From Squalus acanthias (taxonomy: Eukaryota): a DNA stretch of 64,000 nt. The notes under the pieces were generated by a model that ran no database searches, had not been told where the DNA came from, and worked only from the letters and a program-made list of their open reading frames with translations. Shown one piece after another: positions 62,270-64,000 of this stretch. Where the stretch lies: NCBI GenBank assembly GCA_030390025.1, contig CM059432.1, positions 112,718,001 through 112,782,000 on the forward strand, given 5' to 3'. The position numbers and the translations under genes were made by a program. Numbering within the stretch: position 1 is the stretch's first letter; every line of letters begins with the position of its first letter.

Positions 62270-63883
62270 CAAAATAGGGGGCGCACGGAACGATCCCTGT
62301 GCGTGAATGGATAGGCCTGAGGCGCACCTAATATGGGCCTCGGGCCTCATTATCATCAAACCGGCGAGTTGTGGACACCTAATGTGCGTCCCCAGGCAGC
62401 TCACCGGATTCCAGAAGAGGCCTCAAAGATAGGGCTGCGGTGCCACTGGCAGCTGCTCTCAGGTAAGTCCTTAAAGAGGACCAGGAGAGGGGGGCAATCG
62501 GGAGCGGCCAGGAAAGAGACAGTTGGGAGGGAGGGTAGTGCTGGGCAAGATCGGGGAGGGTGGAGGTCAAGGTTGTGATTGGGGTGGGGGGCAGGGAGAG
62601 GACAAGCGGTGACCGGAAACAGCCCATGGTTTTAATGTGGTGTGCTCCTCCCGGCTCCACATTCAGGTAAGTATTTTTAATAAGCTGATGCTTTTGGTGG
62701 CAGCGCCTGATAGGCCACATGTAGATCTGGCGCTGGTTGCCTCAGGGCAAACCAATATTGCAGAGGGGGTCTCAAACAGGCATCAGGCCTTTTATTTTGA
62801 ATATGCAAAGGAACTAACACCTGTTTCAGACGCGGGCCTATGACACTTTGGGGTAGAAATTAGGTCGCGCCCCATTTGGGGCGCAAATATCGTCCGGACG
62901 CAAATATTAGCGCCTGGCGCTAATTATCGGCACTGACGGGAAACTTCACTTTTACCGCCCCGGGAGGTGAGTGGAGCGCTAAAGCAGGCGCTGCACACCT
63001 CTCTTAAGGCGCAAAGGCCGAGCAGTGAGGCGCTAACTCGGAGCGCTGGCGAAGCTCATGTAATGTCAGTCAGCAATGGAACACACACACAATGGCACGG
63101 GCCAGTTCTTAAAGGGGATGGTTAATCTTGCTTTCCATCCACATCCTGTTCATTGCTGCCTTGAATCTCGGCCTGGAGAGACTTGCACATCAAATGTGCT
63201 GGAAAGAACAATGGAGAGCACCAGGCAAAGAGCTCAGAGTGCAGCTCCCACGGTCTCTGCTAAATCGATACAAGGAATGGCAAATCAAAATGAACCTGCA
63301 AAGTGCTGCTCAGTACCCAAAACTCCTTCACACAACGTTGAATCTCTCCAGAAGTCTCTCCCTCTCTCTCACAGAATGCGTAGTTCAAAAATGCCACCAA
63401 CAATAAAAGACAGGAAGAGGCCCCCTTTAAATAGCGCCCCCCCCAGCCCCACAGCGATTGATAGCGTTCCAGTCTTCTGGTCGTTGGAAGCGCCAGGCGG
63501 TAAGGCAGGGGGCGCCACTCAATTTCCGCTACGGGGCGCCCCAAGGGCGTTGCACCATGGAATGACGTCACAATCTGCGCGCGCAGGTGGTCGCAGCGGT
63601 AAGTTTTAGCGCCGCCGCACAATCTCAAGTTAAGTTCTCGAGCAGCGCAAACATCGCTGCGCCCGGGCGTTAGCGGCTTTGCGCCCCATTAGCGCCCTCT
63701 TAAGGCGCTAACGGGTGGCGCAACCAAGTGAATTTTTACCCCTTTATTTTTTGCCGACACTGATATGGTGGGTGGCGCACTTCTGGCTTGTAAAGAGCGT
63801 GCGTTTCCTCCCCACCATATTGGAGACTTAGGCACCCGTTTAGCGCCTGAAGAACGGGTATGATGCCATCGAATTTCTAGGCC
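62270..63883. mobile_element. Probable Harbinger-derived non-autonomous element hosting a nested MITE; left end uncertain
   Basis: GC-rich island ending in GAATTTCTAGGCC (63871-63883), identical to the terminus at 696-708. No matching left TIR was found. Confidence 0.45.
62850..63742. mobile_element. MITE, young GC-rich family
   Basis: TIRs GGGGTAGAAATT / AATTTTTACCCC with TSD TTT/TTT. Confidence 0.9.
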
Positions 63884-64000
63884 TGTTTCTATAATTTACT
63901 TTAAGTTGGATATGCTTCTTCCAATCAATGTTCCATTAAAGGTGCAAAGGTTTTAGCCATTCATATTTCAGGACATTATAACTTCCATTTTTCTAAGGGG

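Noticed and set aside
63076..63609. 177-aa ORF with a paralogue at 59919-60140
   Set aside because: It lies inside a GC-rich MITE. The similarity reflects DNA-level repeat identity, and no protein motif was recognised.

Overview
Eukaryotic, repeat-dominated DNA. The tRNA-headed HE1/V-type SINE and the Deu-domain SINE, both recognised from memory of those families, point to a cartilaginous fish. No intact host gene, rRNA, tRNA or CRISPR array could be supported. About 45% of the window is one 32-bp satellite array (5712-6016 and ~8189-36870, roughly 900 monomers) containing a near-perfect 11.7-kb internal tandem duplication. The rest is nested transposon debris: CR1, L2 and another LINE family; two families of Penelope-like elements (PLEs, GIY-YIG); decayed two-gene PIF/Harbinger transposons (HARBI1-like DDE transposase plus an intron-containing Myb/SANT gene); at least seven Harbinger-type MITEs; and SINEs. 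The most notable signals are three. First, minimal hammerhead-ribozyme motifs occur in both PLE families, varying mainly at tolerated positions. Second, fold-back PLE insertions, including a ~1.2-kb palindrome, carry exactly 12-bp target-site duplications in three cases. Third, the satellite has higher-order structure. All coordinates were read by eye and all family names rest on motif recognition, not database searches.
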